Below, piece by piece: positions 9,174 to 19,000 of a stretch of 64,000 nt of DNA; position 1 is the stretch's first letter; every line of letters begins with the position of its first letter. The DNA comes from Candidatus Pacearchaeota archaeon. GTDB taxonomy: Archaea; Nanobdellota; Nanobdellia; Pacearchaeales; UBA284. The stretch is from positions 113 through 64,112 of the forward strand of contig JAPLYB010000041.1 of the NCBI GenBank assembly GCA_026395795.1. Direction: 5' to 3'. The notes under the pieces were generated by a model. That model worked only from the letters and a program-made list of their open reading frames with translations. It was not told the DNA's origin and ran no database searches. The translations under genes were made by a program, and so were the position numbers.

Positions 9174-12100
9174 TCAATCATTACTGGTAAGATCCATTAT
9201 TTTTTGTTCTATATCAAGCAGTTTCTCTTCATTTTTATTTTTTAATTCAAAATAACTATCTTTTGATATTATCCCTTCTCTGTACTCTCTTTCCAAAAGT
9301 GCAAGCATCCTTCTTATCTTAGCTTTTTCATTTTCAGCTTTTTGTACTAATAGCTGCTCCACAACAAGTTTTCTCAAGAACACCGGAGTGATGCTTAATT
9401 TTTTATTGAAAACCTTATTGAAAATCTTTAAAAATAAGATTATGAAAACAAGCGCTGCCAAAAAGATTATTATACTGATCACCCACCATTGTTGGAAAAA
9501 GGACTTCACTATCATTTTTGCAATCTGAAGTTCATATTCTGCTTTGTCAAGGTAATCACTGGCCATGCTGATTGCATTAGCAGCCTCATTATAGTCTCTG
9601 TTGTAAAGATTCGTCCCAGCAGTTCTGATTTCTTCTCTTGCATTGTCCAATAAAAGCCTTACAGTTGAAACATCTCTGCCTTCTAACTGTGATTGAAGGG
9701 TCTTGTTTTCAATGAAGATTACTCTACTTTTCAACTCCTGAATCTTATACAAATAGAGCTCTACTTTTGAAGCAAATATCTTTAAAACAAACTCGCTCTG
9801 CTCGTTTGTTTCCAGATTGCCGATGATTACTATTCCGTCATAAGAACCTATTTGAGCATTTTCCGGGATAAGAAACTGGATACTAATCAGTTTGGTCTCA
9901 TTTACACCTAAATCAAATGTTTTAGGCAACGTAAGCCAATCCTCGTTTATTCCACTTATTGCAGCAGAAACATTAAGCACTTTAGCATCTCCCAAATTTC
10001 TAACTAAAAAACTTAAAAACCCTATTCCTCCTCTGTCAACATCAACTTCTTTTGTAAAATTTATTATCTCTAATTTTTTTAATGCTGCACCTCCGCCTCC
10101 ACCGCCTCCTCCACCGATTTGTGGCGGAGTTGGTCCTCCTTCAACAGTATTAAAAATAGAATAAGCTCCTGCTTTCTCTGTTCCCGAATAATGAGCAACA
10201 AAAGTTATTTTGACTTCACCAACATAAGGTGTAGAAGGATAGGCAGTATACACTGTTGAAGAAGCTCCTGCAACATAAAAAGTATCTGCTCCAGAATCAA
10301 GCGTCTCACCAGTGTCTGTTCTTGTTAAGTTCCATTCTACTGTAACATCCTGTCCAGCTCCTTTATTCTCTACTATAACTGATATCTCAAGATCTTGAAC
10401 TTGATTATCTATGATTGCTATGTTCCTTACATCAAAAGGCCCCCCAACAAAATGAGAAAAAATTTGCTTTGCCAAAGCATTCGAACCTCTTGTTGCTCTT
10501 ACAACCCATTTCCAGTTCCCCTGCGTCGAAGAAGAAGAAGTTGTATAATTCATACTATACATCCCAGTTTCAACCAGGGTCATCGAAACATTGTCTATTA
10601 TCAAATTATTTAATGGATCGTATAATGTAGCCCTGATAGAATCTGCATTGACATTCTTGCCATCAAACAAAGTAGCAGAAACTTGTAGTGGACCTACTCC
10701 AGAAACATCCGGTGAAGACTCCAAATCTAGTGTCAAAAAACTAGTTGATGAAGCATATACATAGAAAGAATAGTTATCTGTCCTGTTAACAAGAGACTGA
10801 GACACACCATCCCAGTATGTTGTGTATGAGAAAAGAGTATAATTTCCCACTGGATCAGATGAAACTATTTCAAAAGAAGGCTGTGGTTCAATATTGCCAT
10901 TTTGATTTGTTATTTCAGTTTGATTTTCATTATCCCAGATGCTTATCCCACTTGGATTTTCTATTCTGAATCTCACACTGGCATTGCTGACAGAAGCATT
11001 TCCTGTATCCTTAAGAGAATATTCTACTCTTCCCTTGCTGCCCTGCGAATAAAATGCAGCTTGTGTTTTCAGGCTGGCATTTAATCTTATATGGCTCCTA
11101 AGAGTGACGTTTGATTCCCCGACTTTTCCATAATTATCTCTTGCATATACAACAACCAAATATATCCCTCTTGTTGAAGTGTTTGTATAATCAATTGTCC
11201 AGACACCAGAAACATTTGACATATTCCCCTGATATGTTTCATTATCTGGCCGAGTTATATTCACTCCCACCCAATCTATTCCTGTTCCTGACTGATCTTC
11301 TACAGAAGCATTTATTTGAACAGACGAGCCTTGCTCTATTTCATTTTCCATAGTGATACTAATTAACGGAGGCCCAGATTCTAAAGTAAATCTGTCTGAA
11401 AAAAGTGTTGAATTTGAATTAAAGAATTCCTTTGAAGAATTCATAAGGATAGAATAATTTCCAGTTGGAATTCCAGAAGAGTTCCAATAGCATTCATATT
11501 TCCCTGTTCCATTCTCAGATGCTGAACAAAGATATTCTGCAGTGTCATTTTTAATAACAAAAAGAACAGACACCCCAGTTACGAGATTTGAGTTTTCATC
11601 AGTAACATTTCCTCTTAGGGTTATTATATCCTCTTGCTCAAAAAAAGAGCTCGGTGGAGGGAGTTCAAGATAATTGTGCAGATTCTGAATTTCAAGGCTT
11701 CCTAGGCTTATGCTTAAAGAAGGAATGGTATAATTTGTTACAGAATAGAATTTTATTGAATCTATCGCACATCCATAAGTCCCGTATCCATCTGTCAATG
11801 AATCTATAGTAGAACTATCTGAAGTAAATCCTCCAAGAATTCTGCTTCCCAAAAAACTTGTGTTTTCAGAACCAACACCACTTATCGTTCTAACTCCCAA
11901 ACCAGAAACATTTAAATATGCAAAATCATAGCTTTCTTCAGTCGACCATTTCCATGAGACCTCAATCATCTTTGCCCATGTTCTGTTCCACTCGTAGCCT
12001 ATTCCAGGAGGCGTAGATTGATTTGACCAAACATCCATATTGTTTGTATATCCTGATCTCCAATGAGGGTTTTCAGATATGATTTCTCCTTCTTGTTTTG

Positions 12101-12479
12101 CTCCATTCTCAACCACATCAAAATAGACCCAAAAAGTTCTGTTTGTATTTGCCGGAGTTGTTCCGTTTGCTACCCATGTCAGATTTCCGCTTACATTGCT
12201 TTCATTTTCCCAGTCATGAGGCTGTTCAGAAGAATATTCCATAACCCTGATTGAGTCTGCACTAAAGCTTCCATTCATACTGAGCTCAGAAAGCAATTCT
12301 GAAAAATTCAAATATACTTGTGTTTTAGCGTCTGATATTGAACCTGAAGAACTTATGTTAACTGAGACTCTAAAATGCCATGTTGAATTCCACCAAAGTT
12401 CTGCAGAACATAGAGAAGGCAGACATAAAAGAGAGCACAACAGCAAAGGTATCATCAAAAATAATATTTTGTTTTTCAT
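9174..12479 (-). CDS. 1101-aa surface (S-layer/adhesin-like) protein with C-terminal TM anchor and cytoplasmic tail
   Basis: Signal peptide MKNKILFLMIPLLLCSLLCLPSLCSA and very dense N-x-S/T sequons. A poly-Gly tract is followed by a CARDB-like domain, the TM helix WWVISIIIFLAALVFIILFL and a SHOCT-like tail (REGIISKDSYFELKNKNEEKLL). Confidence 0.7.
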   Translation of the reverse strand: MKNKILFLMIPLLLCSLLCLPSLCSAELWWNSTWHFRVSVNISSSGSISDAKTQVYLNFSELLSELSMNGSFSADSIRVMEYSSEQPHDWENESNVSGNLTWVANGTTPANTNRTFWVYFDVVENGAKQEGEIISENPHWRSGYTNNMDVWSNQSTPPGIGYEWNRTWAKMIEVSWKWSTEESYDFAYLNVSGLGVRTISGVGSENTSFLGSRILGGFTSDSSTIDSLTDGYGTYGCAIDSIKFYSVTNYTIPSLSISLGSLEIQNLHNYLELPPPSSFFEQEDIITLRGNVTDENSNLVTGVSVLFVIKNDTAEYLCSASENGTGKYECYWNSSGIPTGNYSILMNSSKEFFNSNSTLFSDRFTLESGPPLISITMENEIEQGSSVQINASVEDQSGTGIDWVGVNITRPDNETYQGNMSNVSGVWTIDYTNTSTRGIYLVVVYARDNYGKVGESNVTLRSHIRLNASLKTQAAFYSQGSKGRVEYSLKDTGNASVSNASVRFRIENPSGISIWDNENQTEITNQNGNIEPQPSFEIVSSDPVGNYTLFSYTTYWDGVSQSLVNRTDNYSFYVYASSTSFLTLDLESSPDVSGVGPLQVSATLFDGKNVNADSIRATLYDPLNNLIIDNVSMTLVETGMYSMNYTTSSSSTQGNWKWVVRATRGSNALAKQIFSHFVGGPFDVRNIAIIDNQVQDLEISVIVENKGAGQDVTVEWNLTRTDTGETLDSGADTFYVAGASSTVYTAYPSTPYVGEVKITFVAHYSGTEKAGAYSIFNTVEGGPTPPQIGGGGGGGGGAALKKLEIINFTKEVDVDRGGIGFLSFLVRNLGDAKVLNVSAAISGINEDWLTLPKTFDLGVNETKLISIQFLIPENAQIGSYDGIVIIGNLETNEQSEFVLKIFASKVELYLYKIQELKSRVIFIENKTLQSQLEGRDVSTVRLLLDNAREEIRTAGTNLYNRDYNEAANAISMASDYLDKAEYELQIAKMIVKSFFQQWWVISIIIFLAALVFIILFLKIFNKVFNKKLSITPVFLRKLVVEQLLVQKAENEKAKIRRMLALLEREYREGIISKDSYFELKNKNEEKLLDIEQKIMDLTSND

Positions 12480-12499
12480 CTTTTCCTCTTTTTTGTTTT

Positions 12500-13066
12500 T
12501 TAGTATAACATCAGTCCTTTAATTTTATTAACAAAACTTATTGTTTTTTCTTTAATTTGAGTAGTTAATTTTTGTTCAAATGATTCATGAACATCGTAAC
12601 AAGCTTTTTCTCTTAATTCTTTTGACATTCCAACAGTTTCAATATCTTCTCTGCTTAATGAATTAGCCACAAGTGCAACATCTTCTTCATCAAGTGCTTT
12701 CTTTGTATGATAATTATGATAAATTAAGAAACATAAAGTCGCTGAATGGTTTTTTGAGATATGCCCTTGTTTGCTTATTAATGCTAAAGAAGCATGGTAA
12801 ATTGCATAATAATACATGTCAATCACCCAATCATAAAAAGTATCATCAGAAAAAATATCAGTTTTACTCTTATGTTTTTCTAATAACCAGTTAGCAAGAT
12901 TCAAGTTATGGTCTGTCCTTCTAAGATGAAGTTTAGATTCATCTTTACTTTTTTTCAGAATTCCTTTTTTCATGTAAAGGTCTAACCAAAATTCACATTC
13001 TTCCCTATTTTTTATCCAAATTTTCCAATTAGGTTTCTTCATCTTCAAGTTGCCTCCACCATTCAA
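12500..13066 (-). CDS. HEPN-domain protein (partner of the upstream MNT)
   Basis: Helical ~180-aa protein that overlaps the 3' end of the MNT gene, the typical HEPN position in MNT-HEPN pairs. The start is more likely the internal MKKPNW (13042). Confidence 0.55.
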   Translation of the reverse strand: MNGGGNLKMKKPNWKIWIKNREECEFWLDLYMKKGILKKSKDESKLHLRRTDHNLNLANWLLEKHKSKTDIFSDDTFYDWVIDMYYYAIYHASLALISKQGHISKNHSATLCFLIYHNYHTKKALDEEDVALVANSLSREDIETVGMSKELREKACYDVHESFEQKLTTQIKEKTISFVNKIKGLMLY

Positions 13067-13619
13067 TTCCCGTTAAAATTATCTTATTCTTTTTTAAATT
13101 CCTAAAAAATTCTTTCGTTGAGTCATGAAAAGATTTTTTAAAAACATCATAATCCAGATATATGGGATTTATTTTTGTGTTGGTTCTCATGCTAACTTTT
13201 TTTGCCATATTTTCTATATGTTTCTCATTTGTTACTCTTTGAAAAACCAATAGAATATCTATATCTGACTTATCAGTATAATCCCCTCTAGCATATGAAC
13301 CAAAAACAATAACAAGAAGAGGTTTTTCTTTTAATTCTTTTAGAAATTCTCTTACAGATAGTTTTATCTTCAAAGGAAGTTCATTTAATCGAGAATATTC
13401 AACAGCATATAACATCGGGGTTAAATCTCCTTTTGAATAATTAATGAAATATCTTAATTGATTTCCAGACTTTTGTTTTTTCAGCAAACTTTTTATTTTT
13501 TCTAAAGCATACTCCACAGAGGGCATGCCAATTTTAATTTGTTTTGACAGCTCTCTTTTATGGATACCTGATTTTAGGTATATCTGTTCAAGCACTTTTA
13601 ATTCGGTATTGTCATACAT
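13029..13619 (-). CDS. wHTH + minimal nucleotidyltransferase (MNT) protein
   Basis: N-terminal wHTH-like region, then VIVFGSYARGDYTDKSDIDILLVF (GSxxRG...DxD). Confidence 0.7.
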   Translation of the reverse strand: MYDNTELKVLEQIYLKSGIHKRELSKQIKIGMPSVEYALEKIKSLLKKQKSGNQLRYFINYSKGDLTPMLYAVEYSRLNELPLKIKLSVREFLKELKEKPLLVIVFGSYARGDYTDKSDIDILLVFQRVTNEKHIENMAKKVSMRTNTKINPIYLDYDVFKKSFHDSTKEFFRNLKKNKIILTGIEWWRQLEDEET

Positions 13620-13630
13620 TTTATATCAAT

Positions 13631-13649
13631 TGTCATATATTATATGACA
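13631..13649. promoter_or_regulatory. perfect palindrome upstream of the MNT-HEPN operon (candidate operator)
   Basis: TGTCATATA-T-TATATGACA, 12-30 nt upstream of the start codon at 13619. Confidence 0.5.
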
Positions 13650-13699
13650 TTTATAAACTTTATTATTCATTTGCCTCTTTTTTTAGGGTCTTTTCTCTT

Positions 13700-14308
13700 T
13701 TAGTTTTTGCTTAAATAATTTCTAATACTTTCCAAATAACCTATTTCATTTATTAAAACGATTCCCTCTTTTAATATATTAGCATGCAAGGGTTTGCCCA
13801 AATTTTCCAAAAATTGTTTTTTTGTTTCTATCTTCAAGCTGACTTCTGGAAAAGTTATTAAAACTTCTTTAATTCTATTTTTATCCACTTTGTCACTTAT
13901 AACAATAAAATCAATATCGCTTTCTTTGTCAGAAGATAGTCTGGCATAACTGCCATAAATCAAAGCAAAACCATTAATAAATGAAAGTTGTTCTGAAAGC
14001 TGCCTTAATCTTCTATATTTAACAAAAAGGGCTTCTCTTCTATCAAACTCAACTAAAGATAAAAAGAGCATAGCCAAACAAGATGCATAATCTATTGCTA
14101 AATTCCTAACAGGGGCTTTTTTATCAGAAATTTTTGTTGAAATTAACACCCCCATCTGCTCCAGTTTATTAACATAATCTGAAACACTATTGGGAGAAGA
14201 TTTAACTTTCTTGATTAAACTGGTCAAATTTATCCCCTTATTTTGATAAATTACTCTTAAAATCTTCAATTTATTTTTTGTCCCGGGAATTATCTTTTCT
14301 ATTACCAT
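13700..14308 (-). CDS. wHTH + nucleotidyltransferase (MNT) protein
   Basis: ALIYGSYARLSSDKESDIDFIVIS with an N-terminal wHTH-like region. No adjacent HEPN partner. Confidence 0.65.
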   Translation of the reverse strand: MVIEKIIPGTKNKLKILRVIYQNKGINLTSLIKKVKSSPNSVSDYVNKLEQMGVLISTKISDKKAPVRNLAIDYASCLAMLFLSLVEFDRREALFVKYRRLRQLSEQLSFINGFALIYGSYARLSSDKESDIDFIVISDKVDKNRIKEVLITFPEVSLKIETKKQFLENLGKPLHANILKEGIVLINEIGYLESIRNYLSKN

Positions 14309-14322
14309 TTTTGATAATACAT

Positions 14323-14340
14323 ATTACTATTATTAGTAAT
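14323..14340. promoter_or_regulatory. palindrome upstream of the MNT gene
   Basis: ATTACTA-TTAT-TAGTAAT, immediately upstream of the start at 14308. Confidence 0.4.
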
Positions 14341-14476
14341 ATTTAAACTTTTCTTTTTTATTGCTCCCAACTTTTTTCAGGTTTTGATGTTTCTGATGTA
14401 TGATATTATAAATCTTCTAAAATTTTATTGACATTTTTTAATGTGTCTAAGAATACAAATTATCCTTAAGAGTACT

Positions 14477-16024
14477 TTAGTATCTCAGTTCTGGCAGGGG
14501 TCTGACATTGCGCTCTTCTTCCGTATTGTATTCTCGACCAGCTCTCCTTTTTTTATGTGTTTTTTTTGCAGTTTTATTCATTCTTCTGTTGGTTTTTCTT
14601 AAATTTCTCTTCAACTTCTTAATTTTTATGTTTCTTCTTCTATGTATTCGGTGAGATTCTCCCAGCCTCTCTATTTTTTCAAGATTTCTCTTCCTTACTT
14701 CATTATAAGTCTTCTCAGATATGATCCCCCTTTTATGCTGCTGCTCAATAGTATTCAGAAGTTCTTTGATTTCTTTTATTTCTTGATCAAATGGATTCGG
14801 TTCTGACAGACTTTCTTTTTCAGATTCATCTCTAGTTTTTCCACGTTCAGGTTTAGATGAATTTTGCATTTCTGCTTCAAGCTGCTCTATTTTCTTTTTG
14901 TTTATGTCAGTATTCATTTTCAGACCATCCACAGCACTCTCAATATATTTAGACCAGTCATTTATGCTGTTCATTTCCTTTTCTGTCCCGATGTTTTCAA
15001 TCTCCTTATCAATATTTTTCAAGATTATTGCATTTTTCTCTGTTATTTCCCTATATGCCCCTTCAGAAATCATCTTTTTATTAAATTGATCATCCAAATT
15101 CTTTATTAAAATTTCTATCTCTTCTTTTTTCTTTGTTTTTTCAGCTACTCTTTCTTCTTTTTTAATTCCCATCTTTAACTGCTCTGCAAGAGATTTGCTA
15201 AAATCCTCTTTTGTTATGAAATCATCCATTTTTATTTTAGTGCTGTCAAAATCTTTTAACATTTCCTTTGTAAGCTCTTCTGTCTGTTCTACTTTTGCTT
15301 GCATAGATTGAATTTCTTTTACTCTTTTCTCGCTTTCTAGGAAGAATCTTTCAGATTTAGCAGAATCTCTTTCAACAGCCCATTTTAATTCTTTAATTTT
15401 CTCGAAGGTATCATTCACCTCTTTGTTCAAATCTTCTATATTCTCGATGCTTCTCACTTTTTCAAGAATTTTTTCGCTTTTAGTTGTTCTCTTGCCTAAA
15501 TCCTCACAAAAGGTGGTTATCTTCTCAATATTTGCATTGAGCTTACCTACATCCTGGTCCCTTAATTCTATCATCTTCTTGAATTTTTCAGGCTTGAATT
15601 CTTTCACGACATCAACAAGCTCTTCAACTTGTTTTTCTGTTTCTTTTATTGTTGAGTCTCTCTGGAAAAACAAAGACCTTATTTCTCCAATAGACTCTGC
15701 AAGCTCTTTTATTCTTTCATCAGCTTCAAATTTAATTGTCTTCAGAGTATTGACAACTTCACGGAGTTTTTCAACTTCCATGAGAACCCTAGTGATGCTG
15801 ATCTTCTCTCCCTGCCCAGGATCTTCTCTGTATCTTTCTTCATCATCCTTGATTATCCCTTCATCTCTCAAAATGTCTCCAACAGCCCTCTCTACATTTT
15901 TCTCTTTGGGCAGCTGCTTGAAAGTATCACTATTCTCTTCAGAATCATTCTCTTCAGGGATATCTTCGGGGATATTTTCTGGGGTGTCCTCTTCCTGCGC
16001 TTCCTCTTTTTTTCTTCTAGCCAT
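14477..16024 (-). CDS. 515-aa coiled-coil protein, acidic N-terminus and highly basic C-terminus
   Basis: Starts 2 nt after the giant gene's stop, so probably co-transcribed. Heptad-rich Glu/Lys sequence with two SHOCT-like motifs (KKMISEGAYREITEKN; KRGIISEKTYNEVRKRN) and an Arg/Lys tail. Confidence 0.6.
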   Translation of the reverse strand: MARRKKEEAQEEDTPENIPEDIPEENDSEENSDTFKQLPKEKNVERAVGDILRDEGIIKDDEERYREDPGQGEKISITRVLMEVEKLREVVNTLKTIKFEADERIKELAESIGEIRSLFFQRDSTIKETEKQVEELVDVVKEFKPEKFKKMIELRDQDVGKLNANIEKITTFCEDLGKRTTKSEKILEKVRSIENIEDLNKEVNDTFEKIKELKWAVERDSAKSERFFLESEKRVKEIQSMQAKVEQTEELTKEMLKDFDSTKIKMDDFITKEDFSKSLAEQLKMGIKKEERVAEKTKKKEEIEILIKNLDDQFNKKMISEGAYREITEKNAIILKNIDKEIENIGTEKEMNSINDWSKYIESAVDGLKMNTDINKKKIEQLEAEMQNSSKPERGKTRDESEKESLSEPNPFDQEIKEIKELLNTIEQQHKRGIISEKTYNEVRKRNLEKIERLGESHRIHRRRNIKIKKLKRNLRKTNRRMNKTAKKTHKKRRAGREYNTEEERNVRPLPELRY

Positions 16025-16026
16025 GT

Positions 16027-19000
16027 TTACAGTTTCTTAAGTTTTTCTCTAAGAGATTCTAAATAGGTCTCAGCCATTCTAAATTGAGCCTGCTTCACCT
16101 TTTCTTTTGTCAATTTAACCTCAAGCTCAAGATCATAAGTATCTTTACCTCCTTTTTTGATTTCTTCTACCTTTTTCTCAATTTCTGATAATTCTTGTTG
16201 ATATTTGTTATATATAAATAATTCTTTTTCTGAGATTCTTGAGGTATCGTGCAATAGAGGCCTAAATTCAACAAGCCATGGTTTTCCATCGTTATACTCT
16301 GGATTCTGCACAATGCCCGTGCCTGTTTTCAATTTCGGCAAAGCCACTGCAAAATTGTTCCCATAGCTCTTTCTGACTCTGTCTATATCTGCGCTGTACT
16401 TGGTTCTCATCTGTATTTCGCTTGCTATTACAGCCTTCATTGTTCCCTTGAAATCAGCAATTACCTGAGATACCATCACTAGACCAATACCCCATTTTCT
16501 GAATTCTCTTACTCCCCTTTCAAGTGCAAGATATCCATTCTTTCCGCCGTATTTTGGAAGCAGTCTGTGAACTTCATCGTAAACAATCAAGAGCTTTAAC
16601 TTTCTAGACTCTTCCCACGGCACTGCAAATATTGTGTTAACTGTTTTTGTAACAAATGCATCAAGCTGACTTGGAGTCATTTTTGTTAAAGAGAATACAG
16701 TTATCTCTCCCTTATTTGTATAATTCTCTATTTTGATATCCATTGCTGGATCGATAACATCGACTATATTTCCTTTAAATGATCTGGTATCTCTTTCAGA
16801 AAGTCCAAACTTCTTGTAGATCTCAAGCATATGTTCATCTCTGCACGCTCTTACAAATCCAGTCCATTGAGCAGTTGGGTCGAAGACAATGCATGGGATT
16901 CCTTTTTTAAGAGCCTCCTCAACAAGAACCATGGCAGAGATTGTTTTTCCAGCGCCTGTCCCTCCGGCAACTATCAGATGCTGTGTTAATTTATCCAAAT
17001 CAAAGTAGGCCTTATTAGCAGTCTCTGCTATTTTTCCGACTGTTACTCCTTTTGGCAACTTTTGCTGTTCAGCAGAGAAATCATATCTCTTCTTAGCTTT
17101 TCTTCTTAAACCTAATTTCCTTAGGATCTTCGGCAGGAAGAAAAGGAAAATAATAAATAAGATGATTAAATAGAACCACCAGTTCATATAGTTATTCTTC
17201 AAGAAAGTTATCAAAAAGAATTCATTTACAACTTCAAAACTCACTAGAGTAGATGCTGTTTTGTTGTTATAATGAGCAACTGCAGATACTAAATACAATC
17301 CTGGCTTGATATCATTTGGTAGTTTTATTGCTTTTGTATATTCTAATTTTCTGTCTACAGCAACCGTCTCTCCAGTACTCAAGATTTCCTCTTTTACTTC
17401 TGCTTTTTCTATTGTGTAATTAACAGTAACATCAACTTTTTCCACCTCTCCAAAAGTAAACAAGCTCACTCTTAGAGTCAATGTATTCCCAGGTCTTACT
17501 TTAGGTGTCAAAGCATTAATATTCACATCCATCAATGCTTGAGGCGGGTTTTCTACTGTAAGTATAACAGATATCTTATTGGTTTTATCGTCGAATTTAG
17601 CTAGAATAGCTCCTAGATAAGTGCCCAGAACAGTAGTTTCAGATGCATAAAATTTCAATTGTATGTATTCTGTACTGCCGGCTTCTATATCAATTGAAGT
17701 TTTTTCAAACTGGACAAACTCCCATATTTTTCCTTCTGCTGAAAGTTGGGCAGTCACCTTATGATTAAGGTTGTTCGTTATTCCTACTGAAACAATCTTA
17801 TATTCTCCAGGTGCGAGAGACACAGTTAAAGAGTCTGTTGAAAAGTCTAATGAACTTCCTTGAGTACTTGCTGTAGTGCTTGCTCCGCCTCCGCCGCCTC
17901 CACCGCCTCCGCCACCGCCAGGAGGAGTCGTAGAGCATGAACTCTGAGAGCATGAACTACTGCAACAGTAAGGACAAGAGCTTAAAAGATAACAAGCATT
18001 GCCGCAGCAAGTTGAGTCAGAACAGCACGAAATTCCAGAGCAGGACTCGCCAGCATTTGCGCATATTGCAGATTCAGCTGCAAAAAATGCAGAGAAGCCG
18101 GTAATATTCGTCGAGACGATATGAGTAAATTTATTGACAGTGCTATTTAATTTTGACCAGCCAGAGCTGCAAGACCATTGAATAATACTCCAGTTAGAAC
18201 ATTTGTAAAGATGTATATTATCTTCGACATCAACCCCGCCAAGCAACGATGAATAATTAATAACTATGGTGGCATTTGTAAAATTAAAACTCATATTTGT
18301 TCCTATGCCTCTTAATTTTGTCTCGACATCTGGCATTTCACCTACCTGTGTCGAAGTAATCTCACCTATTGTAAAGTTCTGTGTAATATTGGATTTTACT
18401 TCAAAATTTTTCAGGTCCATTTCATCATTAAAGAAATTCATATACAAATCATACGTTCTATTCCTGATTGTTTGGCTGAAATACCCTGTTGTTTCATCTG
18501 AAGAGAAATTATGTATCAGATATGTGCTATTTTTGCTTTCGTTTTGTTTGTAAAATTCAAAATTAACTTTCAAGCCAGCGTTGTTTGAATCTTTTACAAA
18601 ACCCTTAAATAAAATTTCTGAATAAATTTCAAACCATCCACCGTAAATATTCGTATTATTTCTTGCATCAGAAGCATATATCTTAAAATTATAATCTCCT
18701 TCTGTACTCGTATTTGTAAAATTGTACTTATAAATTGTTGGAGCAGTATTGACCATTGTAAAATTAATTTTTGTTGAATTTGGATACTCAATTTCTAATT
18801 TCACCAAGCTAACCCCAACATTATCTGTAATTTTTGCCTCTGCTGAAACATTTGCTCCGCTCTTGGCAGAACTCACGCTGGCATTAATAAAAGATGGCGG
18901 TGTAACATCAAAATAGTATATTGCATTTGTTTCAGAATCTGCTGCAGTTGCGTCAATTGTTGTATATGTTCCATACAAGCTCAAGTCATAATAACTTGCA

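Noticed and set aside
15423-16040. 205-aa plus-strand ORF antisense to the coiled-coil gene
   Set aside because: It is the mirror image of a Glu/Lys-rich coiled-coil coding region and gives a Ser/Phe/Leu-rich low-complexity translation. The minus-strand ORF is contiguous with the giant gene operon.
17881-17925. GC-rich (GGN)n tracts at 17881-17925, 10091-10125 and 58861-58920, considered as possible non-coding repeats or recombination signals
   Set aside because: All are in frame within long ORFs and encode poly-Gly linkers at equivalent positions of surface or membrane proteins. They are coding low-complexity sequence.
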